From Escherichia coli (GTDB taxonomy: Bacteria; Pseudomonadota; Gammaproteobacteria; Enterobacterales; Enterobacteriaceae), in the NCBI RefSeq assembly GCF_045037415.1, contig NZ_CP173438.1: DNA of 64,000 nt; one strand, 5' to 3'. Under the pieces are notes generated by a model that did no database searches, had not been told where the DNA came from, and was given only the letters and a program-made list of their open reading frames with translations. Both the position numbers and the translations under genes were made by a program. The first letter of the stretch is position 1; every line of letters starts with the position of its first letter. Shown here piece after piece: positions 1 through 14,882 of this stretch.

Positions 1-153
1 TTGGCGCTGCCGGTACGTTCTGGCTCTACACTGCGCTGAACATTGCGTTTGTGGGCATCACTTTCTGGCTCATTCCGGAAACCAAAAATGTCACGCTGGA
101 ACATATCGAGCGCAAACTGATGGCAGGCGAAAAGTTGAGAAATATCGGCGTCT
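1..153 (+). CDS. araE: Arabinose:H+ symporter AraE, C-terminal fragment (gene starts upstream of window)
   Basis: Open frame from window edge translating to ...[30 protein letters not shown], recognised as the AraE C-terminus; followed by a hairpin plus T-run near 160-195. Confidence 0.8.
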
Positions 154-283
154 GATTTCACGGGCCGGATGTGCTGTACATCCGGCCCTTTTTTCGTTAA
201 TAGAGATTAGGCACCTGGCCGTTGAGGCGTTTGCCTCGTTCCTTATTCAGCCTTGTTGCGGTAACACTCATCAGGAGAGAGGA

Positions 284-976
284 ATGAAAACAATTGGTTT
301 GCTGGGAGGAATGAGCTGGGAATCCACTATTCCTTACTATCGTCTGATAAATGAAGGCATTAAACAGCGGCTTGGTGGGCTTCACTCTGCGCAAGTGCTG
401 CTACATAGCGTCGATTTTCATGAAATAGAAGAGTGCCAGCGTCGCGGTGAGTGGGACAAAACCGGGGATATTCTGGCTGAGGCGGCGCTTGGCTTACAGC
501 GGGCGGGCGCAGAAGGTATTGTGTTATGCACCAATACGATGCACAAAGTGGCGGATGCCATTGAGTCTCGTTGCTCTCTGCCTTTCTTACACATAGCGGA
601 TGCCACTGGACGTGCAATTACCGGGGCAGGAATGACTCGTGTGGCGCTGCTGGGTACACGTTACACCATGGAACAGGATTTTTATCGCGGGCGGCTGACG
701 GAACAATTTTCCATCAACTGTCTTATTCCTGAAGCGGATGACCGGGCGAAAATTAATCAGATTATTTTTGAAGAACTGTGTCTGGGGCAATTTACCGAAG
801 CGTCACGCGCTTATTATGCGCAAGTGATTGCTCGCCTTGCAGAACAGGGCGCACAGGGCGTCATTTTTGGCTGCACAGAAATTGGTTTACTGGTGCCAGA
901 AGAGCGCAGTGTTCTGCCTGTGTTTGATACCGCGGCGATCCATGCCGAGGATGCTGTCGCTTTTATGCTGTCGTAG
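284..976 (+). CDS. ygeA: Asp/Glu/hydantoin-type amino-acid racemase YgeA
   Basis: 230-aa ORF; position between araE and lysR matches E. coli backbone; racemase-like sequence. Confidence 0.85.
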   Translation: MKTIGLLGGMSWESTIPYYRLINEGIKQRLGGLHSAQVLLHSVDFHEIEECQRRGEWDKTGDILAEAALGLQRAGAEGIVLCTNTMHKVADAIESRCSLPFLHIADATGRAITGAGMTRVALLGTRYTMEQDFYRGRLTEQFSINCLIPEADDRAKINQIIFEELCLGQFTEASRAYYAQVIARLAEQGAQGVIFGCTEIGLLVPEERSVLPVFDTAAIHAEDAVAFMLS

Positions 977-1898
977 CTGACGACAAAATAGCGTCAAGAG
1001 AAGTGACCAGTTTCGGTAATCCCGCTTGTAAATGCTCACTAAACGCCTGCACCAGCGCTGATGACGGGCGGTGCAGGGGGCGGATCAGGCTGACGGTGAA
1101 TGGAACCGCAATGCTGAACCGCCGCACCACTAAACCGCTTGCCGCATAATCCAGTGCGGTGAGCGGGTTAACCACTGAAACGCCTACCCCCGCCCGTACC
1201 ATTGCGCAGACTGACGCGGCGCTGTGGGTTTCTACGATCATGCGTCGTTTAACCTGATTCTCAGTAAACAATTGATCCAGCAACTGGCGATAGCTGTCAG
1301 TACGGGAAAGGCTGATGTAGTTCTCACCGTGAAAATCATCCGGCGTTAATACCTTTTTTACCGCCAGCGGATGGCCCGGAGGTAACACACACACTTCATC
1401 TAAAGAGAGTAATTCGGTACGTTCTGTTCCCGCAGGCGTATGGAGCGTTTCAGTGAGTCCTAAATCATGACGCTGGGCCGAGAGCCACTCTTCAAGTAGC
1501 GGTGATTCCTGGGGCACGATATTTAAGCTGACATCGGGATAACGTGCCAGAAAGGGTTGCAGGAGCTGCGGTAAAAAAGATTGCGAAAAGACCGGCAGGC
1601 AGGCAATAGACAGTTCTCCCTGGCGAAACTCGCGCAGACTTTCTGCGGCACTGACAATGCGATCCAGTCCGTACCAGGATCGTTGCACTTCTTCAAACAG
1701 ACGCAGTCCTTGCACGGTAGGATGTAATCGTCCACGTATGCGCTCAAACAATTTCAGCCCGATCACCTTCTCAAAGCGCGCCAGTTCGCGGCTGACGGTT
1801 GGCTGTGAGGTGTGTAGCAGGTGTGCCGCCTCAGTCAGGCTTCCGGCGGTCATTACCGCATGAAAAATTTCAATATGACGTAAGTTAACGGCGGCCAT
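963..1898 (-). CDS. lysR: LysR transcriptional activator of lysA
   Basis: 311-aa ORF with N-terminal HTH ([12 protein letters not shown]), divergent from lysA. Confidence 0.9.
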   Translation of the reverse strand: MAAVNLRHIEIFHAVMTAGSLTEAAHLLHTSQPTVSRELARFEKVIGLKLFERIRGRLHPTVQGLRLFEEVQRSWYGLDRIVSAAESLREFRQGELSIACLPVFSQSFLPQLLQPFLARYPDVSLNIVPQESPLLEEWLSAQRHDLGLTETLHTPAGTERTELLSLDEVCVLPPGHPLAVKKVLTPDDFHGENYISLSRTDSYRQLLDQLFTENQVKRRMIVETHSAASVCAMVRAGVGVSVVNPLTALDYAASGLVVRRFSIAVPFTVSLIRPLHRPSSALVQAFSEHLQAGLPKLVTSLDAILSSATTA

Positions 1899-2019
1899 TA
1901 GCGCTCTCTCGCAATCCGGTAATCCATATCATTTTTGCATAGACTCGACATAAATCGATATTTTTTATTCTTTTTATGATGTGGCGTAATCATAAAAAAG
2001 CACTTATCTGGAGTTTGTT

Positions 2020-3282
2020 ATGCCACATTCACTGTTCAGCACTGATACCGATCTCACCGCCGAAAATCTGCTGCGTTTGCCCGCAGAATTTGGCTGCCCG
2101 GTGTGGGTCTACGATGCGCAAATTATTCGTCGGCAGATTGCGGCGCTGAAACAGTTTGATGTGGTGCGCTTTGCACAGAAAGCCTGTTCCAATATTCATA
2201 TTTTGCGCTTAATGCGTGAGCAGGGCGTAAAAGTGGATTCCGTCTCGTTAGGTGAAATAGAGCGTGCACTGGCGGCGGGTTACAATCCGCAAACGCACCC
2301 TGATGATATTGTTTTTACGGCAGATGTTATCGATCAGGCGACGCTTGAACGCGTCAGTGAATTGCAAATTCCGGTGAATGCGGGTTCTGTTGATATGCTC
2401 GACCAACTGGGGCAGGTTTCGCCAGGGCATCGGGTATGGCTGCGTGTTAATCCGGGGTTTGGTCACGGGCATAGCCAAAAAACCAATACCGGTGGCGAAA
2501 ACAGCAAGCACGGTATCTGGTACACCGATCTGCCCGCCGCACTGGACGTGATACAACGTCATCATCTACAGCTGGTCGGCATTCACATGCACATTGGTTC
2601 TGGCGTCGATTATGCCCATCTGGAACAGGTATGTGGTGCTATGGTGCGTCAAGTCCTCGAATTCGGTCAGGATTTACAGGCTATTTCTGCGGGCGGTGGG
2701 CTTTCTATTCCTTATCAACAGGGTGAAGAGGCGGTTGATACCGAACATTATTATGGTCTGTGGAATGCCGCGCGTGAGCAAATCGCCCGCCATTTGGGCC
2801 ATCCTGTGAAACTGGAAATTGAACCGGGTCGCTTTCTGGTAGCGCAGGCTGGCGTATTAATTACTCAAGTGCGGAGCGTCAAACAAATGGGTAGCCGCCA
2901 CTTTGTTCTGGTTGATGCCGGGTTCAACGATCTGATGCGCCCGGCAATGTACGGTAGTTACCACCATATCAGTGCCCTGGCAGCTGATGGTCGTTCTCTG
3001 GAACACGCGCCAACGGTGGAAACCGTCGTCGCCGGGCCGTTATGTGAATCGGGCGATGTCTTTACCCAGCAGGAAGGGGGAAATGTCGAAACCCGCGCCT
3101 TGCCGGAAGTGAAGGCGGGTGATTATCTGGTACTGCATGATACAGGGGCATATGGCGCGTCAATGTCATCCAACTACAACAGCCGTCCGCTGTTACCAGA
3201 AGTTCTGTTTGATAATGGTCAGGCGCGGTTGATTCGCCGTCGCCAGACCATTGAAGAATTACTGGCGCTGGAATTGCTTTAA
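2020..3282 (+). CDS. lysA: Diaminopimelate decarboxylase
   Basis: 420-aa ORF, PLP-dependent decarboxylase, divergent from lysR. Confidence 0.9.
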   Translation: MPHSLFSTDTDLTAENLLRLPAEFGCPVWVYDAQIIRRQIAALKQFDVVRFAQKACSNIHILRLMREQGVKVDSVSLGEIERALAAGYNPQTHPDDIVFTADVIDQATLERVSELQIPVNAGSVDMLDQLGQVSPGHRVWLRVNPGFGHGHSQKTNTGGENSKHGIWYTDLPAALDVIQRHHLQLVGIHMHIGSGVDYAHLEQVCGAMVRQVLEFGQDLQAISAGGGLSIPYQQGEEAVDTEHYYGLWNAAREQIARHLGHPVKLEIEPGRFLVAQAGVLITQVRSVKQMGSRHFVLVDAGFNDLMRPAMYGSYHHISALAADGRSLEHAPTVETVVAGPLCESGDVFTQQEGGNVETRALPEVKAGDYLVLHDTGAYGASMSSNYNSRPLLPEVLFDNGQARLIRRRQTIEELLALELL

Positions 3283-3288
3283 CTGCGG

Positions 3289-4320
3289 TTAGTCGCTGGT
3301 TGCATGATGACTTGCCTCCAGCGACGGAGTTGACACTGAATGGCGACGTACCAGCGTCGGACTAAAGACATTAGTGATTTCCGGGAGAGGGCGATTATCC
3401 GCCAGCGCCAAAGCCAGTTCGGCAGCCTGCGTCGCCATCGTCACGATTGGGTAACGCACGGTGGTCAGGCGCGGACGCACATAGCGTGACACCAGCACAT
3501 CATCAAAGCCAATTAACGAAATCTCACCCGGTACATCAATACCATTATCATTGAGCACGCCCATCGCGCCCGCCGCCATTGAATCGTTATAACAGGCTAC
3601 CGCAGTGAAATTTCTGCCTCGTCCCAAAAGCTCGGTCATTGCCTGTTCGCCGCCGCTTTCGTCTGGTTCGCCAAATGTCACCAGCCGGTCATTGGCCGGA
3701 ATACCACTTTCAGCAAGGGCATCGTAATACCCTTGCAGACGATCTTCGGCGTCAGAAATAGAGTGGTTAGAGCACAGATAACCAATGCGGGTATGACCTT
3801 GCTGAATTAAATGACGCGTTGCCAGCCAGGCACCGTAACGATCGTCCAGAGCAATACAACGGTTTTCAAAGCCAGGCAGGATACGGTTGATCAGCACCAT
3901 ACCGGGCATTTGTTTCATTAATGAGGCTAAATCGGCATCCGGGATCATTTTGGCATGGACAACCAGCGCAGCACAGCGATGGCGGATCAGTTGCTCAATG
4001 GCCTGACGCTCTTTTTGTTCGTTGTGGTAACCGTTGCCAATCAATAAAAAATTACCAGTGTGATAAGCCACCTGTTCGACCGCTTTCACCATTGCACCGA
4101 AAAACGGATCGGAAACATCACCAACGACCAGACCGATCGTTTCAGTGGTCTGCTGCGCCAGCGCACGGGCGTTGGCGTTCGGGTGATAGCTAAGAGACTC
4201 CATTGCACTATGCACAGCCAGTCGGGAAGCTTCGCTGGCTTTGGGTGAATTATTAATGACGCGGGAAACGGTGGCGACTGAAACGCCTGCCAGTCGGGCT
4301 ACATCCTTTATGGTCGCCAT
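3289..4320 (-). CDS. galR: Galactose operon repressor GalR (LacI family)
   Basis: 343-aa ORF starting MATIKDVARLAGVSVATVSRVIN (LacI-type HTH). Confidence 0.9.
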   Translation of the reverse strand: MATIKDVARLAGVSVATVSRVINNSPKASEASRLAVHSAMESLSYHPNANARALAQQTTETIGLVVGDVSDPFFGAMVKAVEQVAYHTGNFLLIGNGYHNEQKERQAIEQLIRHRCAALVVHAKMIPDADLASLMKQMPGMVLINRILPGFENRCIALDDRYGAWLATRHLIQQGHTRIGYLCSNHSISDAEDRLQGYYDALAESGIPANDRLVTFGEPDESGGEQAMTELLGRGRNFTAVACYNDSMAAGAMGVLNDNGIDVPGEISLIGFDDVLVSRYVRPRLTTVRYPIVTMATQAAELALALADNRPLPEITNVFSPTLVRRHSVSTPSLEASHHATSD

Positions 4321-4533
4321 GAAAATACCTTAGTGGGTAAACGCTTACATTCTTTCAGTGTTACGGAAAACGCCCGTTGGTTCAAGGGGCGGCGTGTTTT
4401 CATTGTGGGAATGTGAGCCAAACGCAAATAAGTAAGACAAAAAAAGAGATTGCAAACCTTTGGTTACACTTTGCGAAACGCTGTTGCGATTGACCGCTGG
4501 TGGCGTTTGGCTTCAGGTTGCTAAAGTGGTGAT

Positions 4534-4616
4534 CCCAGAGGTATTGATAGGTGAAGTCAACTTCGGGTTGAGCACATGAATTACACCAGCCTGCGCAGAT
4601 GCGCAGGTTTTTTTTT
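4534..4616 (+). ncRNA. omrB: OmrB small regulatory RNA (OmpR-regulated, Hfq-dependent)
   Basis: Starts CCCAGAGGTATTGATAGGTGAAGTCAACTTCGGG and ends in the hairpin CTGCGCAGATGCGCAGG plus T9; matches my recall of OmrB. Confidence 0.85.
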
Positions 4617-4730
4617 GCCGGTCATCAATCTGTAACAGTAACCGACAATTTACACACCTCGTTGCATTTCCCTTCATTCCTTTGCGTTTTCTCGCTGGCG
4701 AAGAGTCGTCGTGCAGACCACAATCAAGAT

Positions 4731-4818
4731 CCCAGAGGTATTGATTGGTGAGATTATTCGGTACGCTCTTCGTACCCTGTCTCTTGCACCAACCTGCGCG
4801 GATGCGCAGGTTTTTTTT
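4731..4818 (+). ncRNA. omrA: OmrA small regulatory RNA (OmpR-regulated, Hfq-dependent)
   Basis: Starts CCCAGAGGTATTGATTGGTGAGATTATTCGG and ends in the hairpin CTGCGCGGATGCGCAGG plus T8; shares 5' and 3' ends with OmrB. Confidence 0.85.
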
Positions 4819-4884
4819 CGCACCTAATTTACTGTCGCTCGCGTTCTTTATCTCGTGTAATCTCCCTCCATTCGCTTTTACTGA

Positions 4885-8251
<3,367 letters not shown>

Positions 8252-8256
8252 TATTT

Positions 8257-8278
8257 AACGCCGGTTTTAACCGGCGTT
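8257..8278. terminator. Bidirectional hairpin between convergent lplT and tas
   Basis: Inverted repeat AACGCCGGTT-TTAA-CCGGCGTT directly after the lplT stop. Confidence 0.5.
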
Positions 8279-8282
8279 AATC

Positions 8283-9323
8283 TTATGGTGCAGGATACGT
8301 ATAAACCTGATGCACCGCTTCAATTTCAGCTAATACGTCTTCGCTCAACTCCAGATGCAAACTTTCGACGTTAGTTTTCAGCTGCTCCATCGTGGTTGCG
8401 CCCAGCAGAGTGCTGGCAACAAACGGTTGACGGCGTACAAATGCGAGCGCCATCTGAGCAGGGTCCAGGCTATGACGTCTGGCGATATCAACATACGCCG
8501 CGACGGCTTTTTGCGTTTGCTCACCGCTATAGCGGGTGAAGCGACTAAAGAGCGTATTACGTGCGCCAGCGGGTTTTGCACCATTGAGATATTTCCCGGT
8601 CAGCGTGCCGAAACCCAGGCACGAATAGGCCAGCAGTTCGACCCCTTCATACTGGCTGACTTCTGCCAGACCTACTTCAAAACTGCGGTTTAACAGGCTG
8701 TAGGGGTTCTGAATGGTGACAATACGCGGCAGATCGTGTTTGTCCGCCAGATGCAGGTAGCGCATTACGCCAAATGCAGTTTCGTTCGACACGCCTATAT
8801 AACGAATTTTTCCCGCGCGTTGGTACTCTGCCAGTGCGTCCAGCGTATCCAGCAGCGAAACCGCAGGCGCAGAATCTGTCCAGCTATAACCGAGTTTGCC
8901 GAAGCAGTTGGTTGGGCGCTGCGGCCAGTGCACCTGATAGAGATCGAGGTAATCAGTCTGCAGACGCTTGAGGCTGTCATGCAGCGCTTCACGGATATTC
9001 TTCCGATCCAGCGCCTGATCCGGGCGGATGCCTTTGTCATTATTGCGCGACGGTCCGCTCACTTTGGAGGCGATAATTAACTTTTCGCGGCTGCCATGTT
9101 TCGCCAGCCAGTTGCCGACGTAGGTTTCGGTTAGCCCTTGAGTTTCGGGGCGCGGAGGTACTGGGTACATTTCGGCAACGTCGATAAGGTTAATGCCCTG
9201 AGCGACGGCATAGTCGAGTTGTGCGTGGGCGTCGGCTTCGCTGTTCTGTTCACCAAACGTCATCGTGCCAAGCCCCAGCGTGCTGACTTCCAGCGAACTG
9301 TGGGGTATACGGTGATATTGCAT
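8283..9323 (-). CDS. tas: Aldo-keto reductase Tas
   Basis: 346-aa ORF, aldo/keto reductase family. Confidence 0.85.
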   Translation of the reverse strand: MQYHRIPHSSLEVSTLGLGTMTFGEQNSEADAHAQLDYAVAQGINLIDVAEMYPVPPRPETQGLTETYVGNWLAKHGSREKLIIASKVSGPSRNNDKGIRPDQALDRKNIREALHDSLKRLQTDYLDLYQVHWPQRPTNCFGKLGYSWTDSAPAVSLLDTLDALAEYQRAGKIRYIGVSNETAFGVMRYLHLADKHDLPRIVTIQNPYSLLNRSFEVGLAEVSQYEGVELLAYSCLGFGTLTGKYLNGAKPAGARNTLFSRFTRYSGEQTQKAVAAYVDIARRHSLDPAQMALAFVRRQPFVASTLLGATTMEQLKTNVESLHLELSEDVLAEIEAVHQVYTYPAP

Positions 9324-9430
9324 AGCCGTTTCCTTTTTATAATCACGACATAAGGAATATAAAAATGGCAGAGGGAAGGGAAAAGGGAAAGAGAAAAATC
9401 TTAAGGCCAGCCGGATGCTGACCTTATTTG

Positions 9431-9649
9431 TTAACGTTCAATAATTTGCGAAACATCATCACGGTTAATTTGCATCGCGTTACCTTGCTGATCGTGATAA
9501 CTCACCAGCCCGGTATCATCATCAATTTCAGGTTTTCCATCGGTCAAAATCATACGGCCATCTTTGGTCGCCATGACGTAATCACTGGAACACCCGGAAA
9601 CAGCAAACGCCAGTCCGACTGCAGAAATTATTACTGCCCATTTTTTCAT
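9431..9649 (-). CDS. ygdR: Small lipoprotein YgdR
   Basis: 72-aa ORF with signal peptide and lipobox (AVSGCSS). Confidence 0.75.
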
Positions 9650-9786
9650 CCGGTTATCCTCATTTGGCCCACCTATGATAATAGTCTGTTTATAAACCGA
9701 CGTTATATATCTTGAAAGCAGGAAAATCTTAAACTGTGAGGGTAACAGGAGTGAGTACGCCCTCCCGCAGGAGAGCGTACGGAGTA

Positions 9787-10500
9787 TCAGAGCGGATTCT
9801 TTTTGTTGCGAATCAGGTTTAGGCTTTCAACCGCAATAGAGAAGAACATCGCGAAGTAGATGTAACCTTTCGGTACGTGGATGTCGAAACTTTCCAGAAT
9901 CAGGGTAAAGCCCACCAGAATCAGGAAAGAGAGCGCCAGCATTTTTACCGAAGGATGGCGCTCGACAAAATCACCAATCGAGCGCGCGGCGAACATCATC
10001 ACGCCTACGGCAATCACCACGGCAGCCATCATAATAAACAGGTGATCTGACAGACCCACAGCGGTAATCACCGAGTCGAGGCTGAAGATAATATCCAGCA
10101 GCATAATCTGCACGATAGCGCCGAGGAATGATGAAACGCGTGTTTTCAGCCCTTCTTCTTCACCTTCGATGGATTCGTGGATTTCCTTGCTGGCTTTCCA
10201 GATAAGGAACAAGCCACCCAGAAGCAGAATCAAATCACGGGCGGAAATTTCCTGACTGAATATTGTAAAAAGCGGATTCGTCAGGCGCGTAACCCAGGCG
10301 ATGGATGCCAGCAGCGCCAGACGCATGACCATGGCTCCCGCCAACCCCAGACGGCGCGCATGAGCACGTTGTGCTGTTGGGAGCTTTGCCACCACCAGAG
10401 AAAGGAAAATAATATTGTCGATCCCAAGAACGATCTCCAGCAGCGTCAGCGTACCGAGCGCAAGCCAGGCGTTAGGATCGGTTATCCATGCAAATAACAT
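9787..10500 (-). CDS. ygdQ: TerC-family inner-membrane protein YgdQ
   Basis: 237-aa multi-TM ORF. Confidence 0.8.
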
Positions 10501-10568
10501 CTAAAAAGCCCTGCCAAAAAAATGAAGCGGTAATTATATGCCCGGAAAGCGGCAGGTCAAAGCGATGG

Positions 10569-11258
10569 CTACTGGATCAGAAAATGACGGGCCAGTAGCG
10601 CACTGGTGAAATTCTTCTTCAAATAAAATCCGCGCGGCAGCGTCAGAATCCGTTCGCCCCGGGCACCAATAGCTTCGGTCAGCGCTTTCGCATTCGCTGC
10701 TTTCGGTCGTATCTGTAAATATTCCCCGTGACGAGCGGTGATCCGCTCAATCTGACCGAGAACAATCATATCCATTAATTCTTCCCAGTCTTCGCGTAGC
10801 TGCCGGTCTTCCTCTTCATTCGGGCTCCACAGCAACGGTGATCCTACGCGACGCTTTGCCAGCGGGATGCTGCGCTCGCCTTCAACCGGTATCCACAGCA
10901 CGCGTTTGAGCTTGTGGCGCACGTGGCTGGTTTCCCATGTCACCCCGCTATTGCCCGTTAACGGGGCAACACAAACGAATGTTGTTTCCAGCGGACGACC
11001 AAGACTATCCACAGGGATAGTTTTAAGTTCCACGCCCAGAGCAGCAAAATCTTGCTCAGGTTTACTCCCTGCGCTGGCACCTAGCCAGATCTCCAGTAAC
11101 ACGCCAATCCAGCCCTTATCGCGTTTTAAATTCTCCGGCGTAACCAGCCCGGCAAGTGCCGCCAGTTCTCCCAATGTATAACCAGAAAGTTGTTGTGCTT
11201 GCGCTAACAATTGTTCTTCAGTTTCGGGAGGAGAGAGCAGTGGGCGAGGTTGGGACAT
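10569..11258 (-). CDS. mutH: DNA mismatch-repair endonuclease MutH
   Basis: 229-aa ORF. Confidence 0.9.
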
Positions 11259-11942
11259 GTCATGATACCTTGGTTAAAAAACAAACAGCAATTATGTGCC
11301 GAATATTCGCAGTGTAACTTTTTCCACATGCGTTGTTCAATTCTCTGATTTATATTGCTTTTTAGGTTGCCGGTAATCGAGTTGCGCAACACTGCAACGG
11401 GTTTTCCAAATCTGGTCACTGAAAATAAACAGGATCTTACACCATGTTATCCACAGAAAGCTGGGATAACTGTGAAAAACCTTCACTACTGTTTCCATTT
11501 ACAGCCTTGACGTGCGACGAAACTCCAGTTTTTAGTGGTTCAGTGCTTAACTTAGTGGCACATTCTGTGGATAAATACGGCGTTGGTTGATCTTTCGCCA
11601 ACCCGTAAATGAGAGGTGTGACCTGGGTCACGAATTACTCTTTTTTATTACTCAAATCACATGTAATACATTGACTGATAATGAATATTTTAAAATCTCT
11701 ATATCTGTCTTATTCAGAATGCTCCGGGTTTTCCCGTAGTAATTCCGTAGTTCTTCACAACTCTATCCACAGAAAAGGTGAATAAAAACGGCTATCCACC
11801 CCTTCCTCTGTTTATAACTCTGCACATAACTGTGAGTTATTCAATTGTTATTAGTGTGTAATGCCCTGCAGAGAGTGGTTTACCGTCTTCCTGGAGTATG
11901 AAACAATCATTCGTATATAAAGCTTTATTTTGAGGTAGTCCG

Positions 11943-12473
11943 GTGATTGATGACGATGGCTACCGCCCAAACGTAGGTATCGTGATTTGTAATCGCCAGG
12001 GGCAGGTAATGTGGGCCCGGCGATTTGGTCAGCACTCCTGGCAATTTCCGCAAGGCGGAATCAACCCCGGAGAATCCGCAGAGCAGGCGATGTACCGTGA
12101 ATTGTTTGAAGAAGTAGGATTAAGCCGCAAAGACGTTCGAATCCTTGCTTCAACGCGTAACTGGTTGCGCTACAAATTACCGAAACGTTTGGTGCGTTGG
12201 GACACGAAGCCGGTTTGTATCGGCCAAAAACAAAAATGGTTTCTCTTGCAGCTGGTGAGCGGCGATGCAGAAATCAATATGCAAACCAGCAGTACACCAG
12301 AGTTTGACGGCTGGCGATGGGTAAGTTACTGGTATCCAGTCAGACAGGTGGTGTCATTTAAACGTGATGTCTACCGTAGGGTAATGAAAGAGTTCGCGAG
12401 TGTGGTGATGTCACTGCAGGAAAATACGCCAAAACCACAAAACGCATCTGCTTATCGACGTAAAAGAGGTTAA
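11943..12473 (+). CDS. rppH: RNA pyrophosphohydrolase RppH (NudH)
   Basis: 176-aa ORF with Nudix box ([23 protein letters not shown]). Confidence 0.9.
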
Positions 12474-12485
12474 GTCACGCCAATT

Positions 12486-14732
12486 ATGCTCACTCGCCTG
12501 CGCGAAATAGTCGAAAAGGTAGCCAGCGCACCACGCCTGAATGAGGCGTTAAATATTCTGGTTACCGACATCTGTCTTGCGATGGATACCGAGGTCTGTT
12601 CGGTCTACCTGGCTGATCATGATCGACGTTGTTACTACCTGATGGCGACCCGGGGACTGAAAAAACCACGCGGTCGCACTGTAACGCTCGCGTTTGATGA
12701 AGGGATCGTCGGCCTGGTTGGCAGGCTGGCGGAACCGATAAACCTTGCAGATGCGCAAAAGCACCCCAGCTTCAAATACATCCCCTCCGTAAAAGAAGAA
12801 CGTTTCCGCGCGTTTTTAGGCGTACCAATTATTCAACGTCGCCAGTTGCTTGGTGTACTGGTGGTACAGCAACGAGAGTTGCGCCAGTATGACGAAAGTG
12901 AAGAATCCTTCCTGGTGACGCTTGCCACCCAGATGGCAGCTATTCTTTCTCAGTCGCAGTTGACTGCCTTGTTTGGGCAATATCGCCAGACGCGAATCCG
13001 TGCATTACCGGCAGCACCTGGTGTGGCGATTGCCGAAGGCTGGCAGGATGCCACGTTACCTTTAATGGAACAGGTGTATCAGGCATCAACGCTGGATCCG
13101 GCTCTGGAACGCGAACGACTGACCGGGGCGTTGGAAGAGGCGGCTAACGAGTTTCGCCGCTATAGCAAACGCTTTGCTGCCGGTGCACAAAAAGAAACGG
13201 CGGCTATTTTCGATCTTTACTCACACCTGCTTTCGGATACCCGGCTGCGTCGCGAATTGTTTGCCGAGGTTGATAAAGGCTCGGTGGCAGAGTGGGCGGT
13301 AAAAACGGTCATTGAAAAATTTGCCGAACAGTTTGCCGCGCTAAGCGATAACTATCTCAAAGAGCGGGCTGGCGATTTACGTGCACTTGGTCAGCGATTG
13401 CTGTTTCATCTTGATGACGCTAATCAAGGGCCGAACGCCTGGCCGGAACGTTTCATTCTGGTGGCAGATGAACTGTCAGCGACAACGCTTGCTGAGCTGC
13501 CCCAGGATCGCTTAGTCGGTGTTGTCGTGCGCGATGGCGCTGCCAACTCCCATGCTGCGATCATGGTACGTGCGCTGGGGATCCCTACCGTGATGGGCGC
13601 GGATATTCAGCCTTCGGTACTGCATCGTCGGACGCTGATCGTCGATGGTTATCGCGGTGAATTGCTGGTCGATCCGGAGCCGGTACTGCTGCAAGAATAT
13701 CAGCGGCTAATTAGTGAAGAGATCGAGCTTAGCCGTCTGGCGGAAGATGACGTCAATTTACCCGCCCAGTTAAAAAGCGGCGAACGCATTAAAGTCATGC
13801 TCAATGCCGGTTTAAGCCCGGAACATGAAGAAAAACTGGGCAGCCGTATTGATGGCATAGGACTTTATCGCACTGAAATCCCATTCATGCTGCAAAGTGG
13901 TTTTCCGTCGGAAGAAGAACAGGTGGCGCAGTATCAGGGGATGCTGCAAATGTTTAATGATAAACCCGTCACCTTGCGTACGCTGGATGTCGGAGCAGAT
14001 AAGCAGCTGCCTTACATGCCGATCAGCGAAGAGAATCCATGCCTGGGTTGGCGTGGGATTCGCATTACGCTCGATCAGCCGGAGATCTTCTTGATCCAGG
14101 TGCGGGCGATGCTGCGTGCTAATGCCGCTACGGGCAACCTGAATATTCTGTTGCCGATGGTCACAAGCCTCGATGAAGTTGACGAAGCACGCCGCCTGAT
14201 TGAACGTGCCGGACGTGAAGTCGAGGAGATGATCGGTTACGAAATTCCCAAACCACGTATCGGCATCATGCTGGAAGTGCCGTCAATGGTGTTTATGCTG
14301 CCGCATCTGGCAAAGCGGGTCGATTTCATCTCTGTTGGCACCAACGATCTGACGCAATACATCCTGGCCGTTGATCGCAACAATACCCGGGTGGCGAACA
14401 TTTATGACAGTCTTCATCCTGCAATGTTACGAGCTCTGGCGATGATCGCCCGGGAAGCGGAAATACATGGAATCGATCTCCGTTTGTGCGGTGAAATGGC
14501 GGGCGATCCGATGTGCGTGGCAATCCTCATTGGGCTTGGGTATCGCCATCTGTCTATGAACGGACGTTCTGTAGCGCGCGTAAAATACCTGCTGCGGCGC
14601 ATTGATTTTGCCGAAGCAGAAAATCTTGCGCAGCGTAGTCTGGAAGCGCAACTGGCGACCGAAGTTCGCCATCAGGTTGCAGCCTTTATGGAGCGTCGCG
14701 GCATGGGCGGGCTGATTCGTGGGGGGTTATAG
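12486..14732 (+). CDS. ptsP: Nitrogen-PTS enzyme I (EI-Ntr) with N-terminal GAF domain
   Basis: 748-aa ORF with PEP-utilising enzyme motifs. Confidence 0.9.
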   Translation: MLTRLREIVEKVASAPRLNEALNILVTDICLAMDTEVCSVYLADHDRRCYYLMATRGLKKPRGRTVTLAFDEGIVGLVGRLAEPINLADAQKHPSFKYIPSVKEERFRAFLGVPIIQRRQLLGVLVVQQRELRQYDESEESFLVTLATQMAAILSQSQLTALFGQYRQTRIRALPAAPGVAIAEGWQDATLPLMEQVYQASTLDPALERERLTGALEEAANEFRRYSKRFAAGAQKETAAIFDLYSHLLSDTRLRRELFAEVDKGSVAEWAVKTVIEKFAEQFAALSDNYLKERAGDLRALGQRLLFHLDDANQGPNAWPERFILVADELSATTLAELPQDRLVGVVVRDGAANSHAAIMVRALGIPTVMGADIQPSVLHRRTLIVDGYRGELLVDPEPVLLQEYQRLISEEIELSRLAEDDVNLPAQLKSGERIKVMLNAGLSPEHEEKLGSRIDGIGLYRTEIPFMLQSGFPSEEEQVAQYQGMLQMFNDKPVTLRTLDVGADKQLPYMPISEENPCLGWRGIRITLDQPEIFLIQVRAMLRANAATGNLNILLPMVTSLDEVDEARRLIERAGREVEEMIGYEIPKPRIGIMLEVPSMVFMLPHLAKRVDFISVGTNDLTQYILAVDRNNTRVANIYDSLHPAMLRALAMIAREAEIHGIDLRLCGEMAGDPMCVAILIGLGYRHLSMNGRSVARVKYLLRRIDFAEAENLAQRSLEAQLATEVRHQVAAFMERRGMGGLIRGGL

Positions 14733-14882
14733 CGCGGATCATATACATATCTTTTAACGGTATCCGGCAACCAGCCAGGTCCCCTTGTGCTATTATTCGC
14801 ACCTTTGGAGCGCCTGAAACCTGCGGCGCGCATTTCAATCGCTGTTCTCTTTCAGCGAAATAACAAGAACTTGTGGTGACAG

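Noticed and set aside
8355-9080. Plus-strand ORFs of about 112-114 aa
   Set aside because: Antisense within tas.
11204-11631. Two small ORFs (71 aa and 64 aa, minus strand) in the long mutH-rppH intergenic region
   Set aside because: No recognisable domain or clear RBS; a small annotated gene may exist here in reference genomes but I cannot support it from sequence alone.
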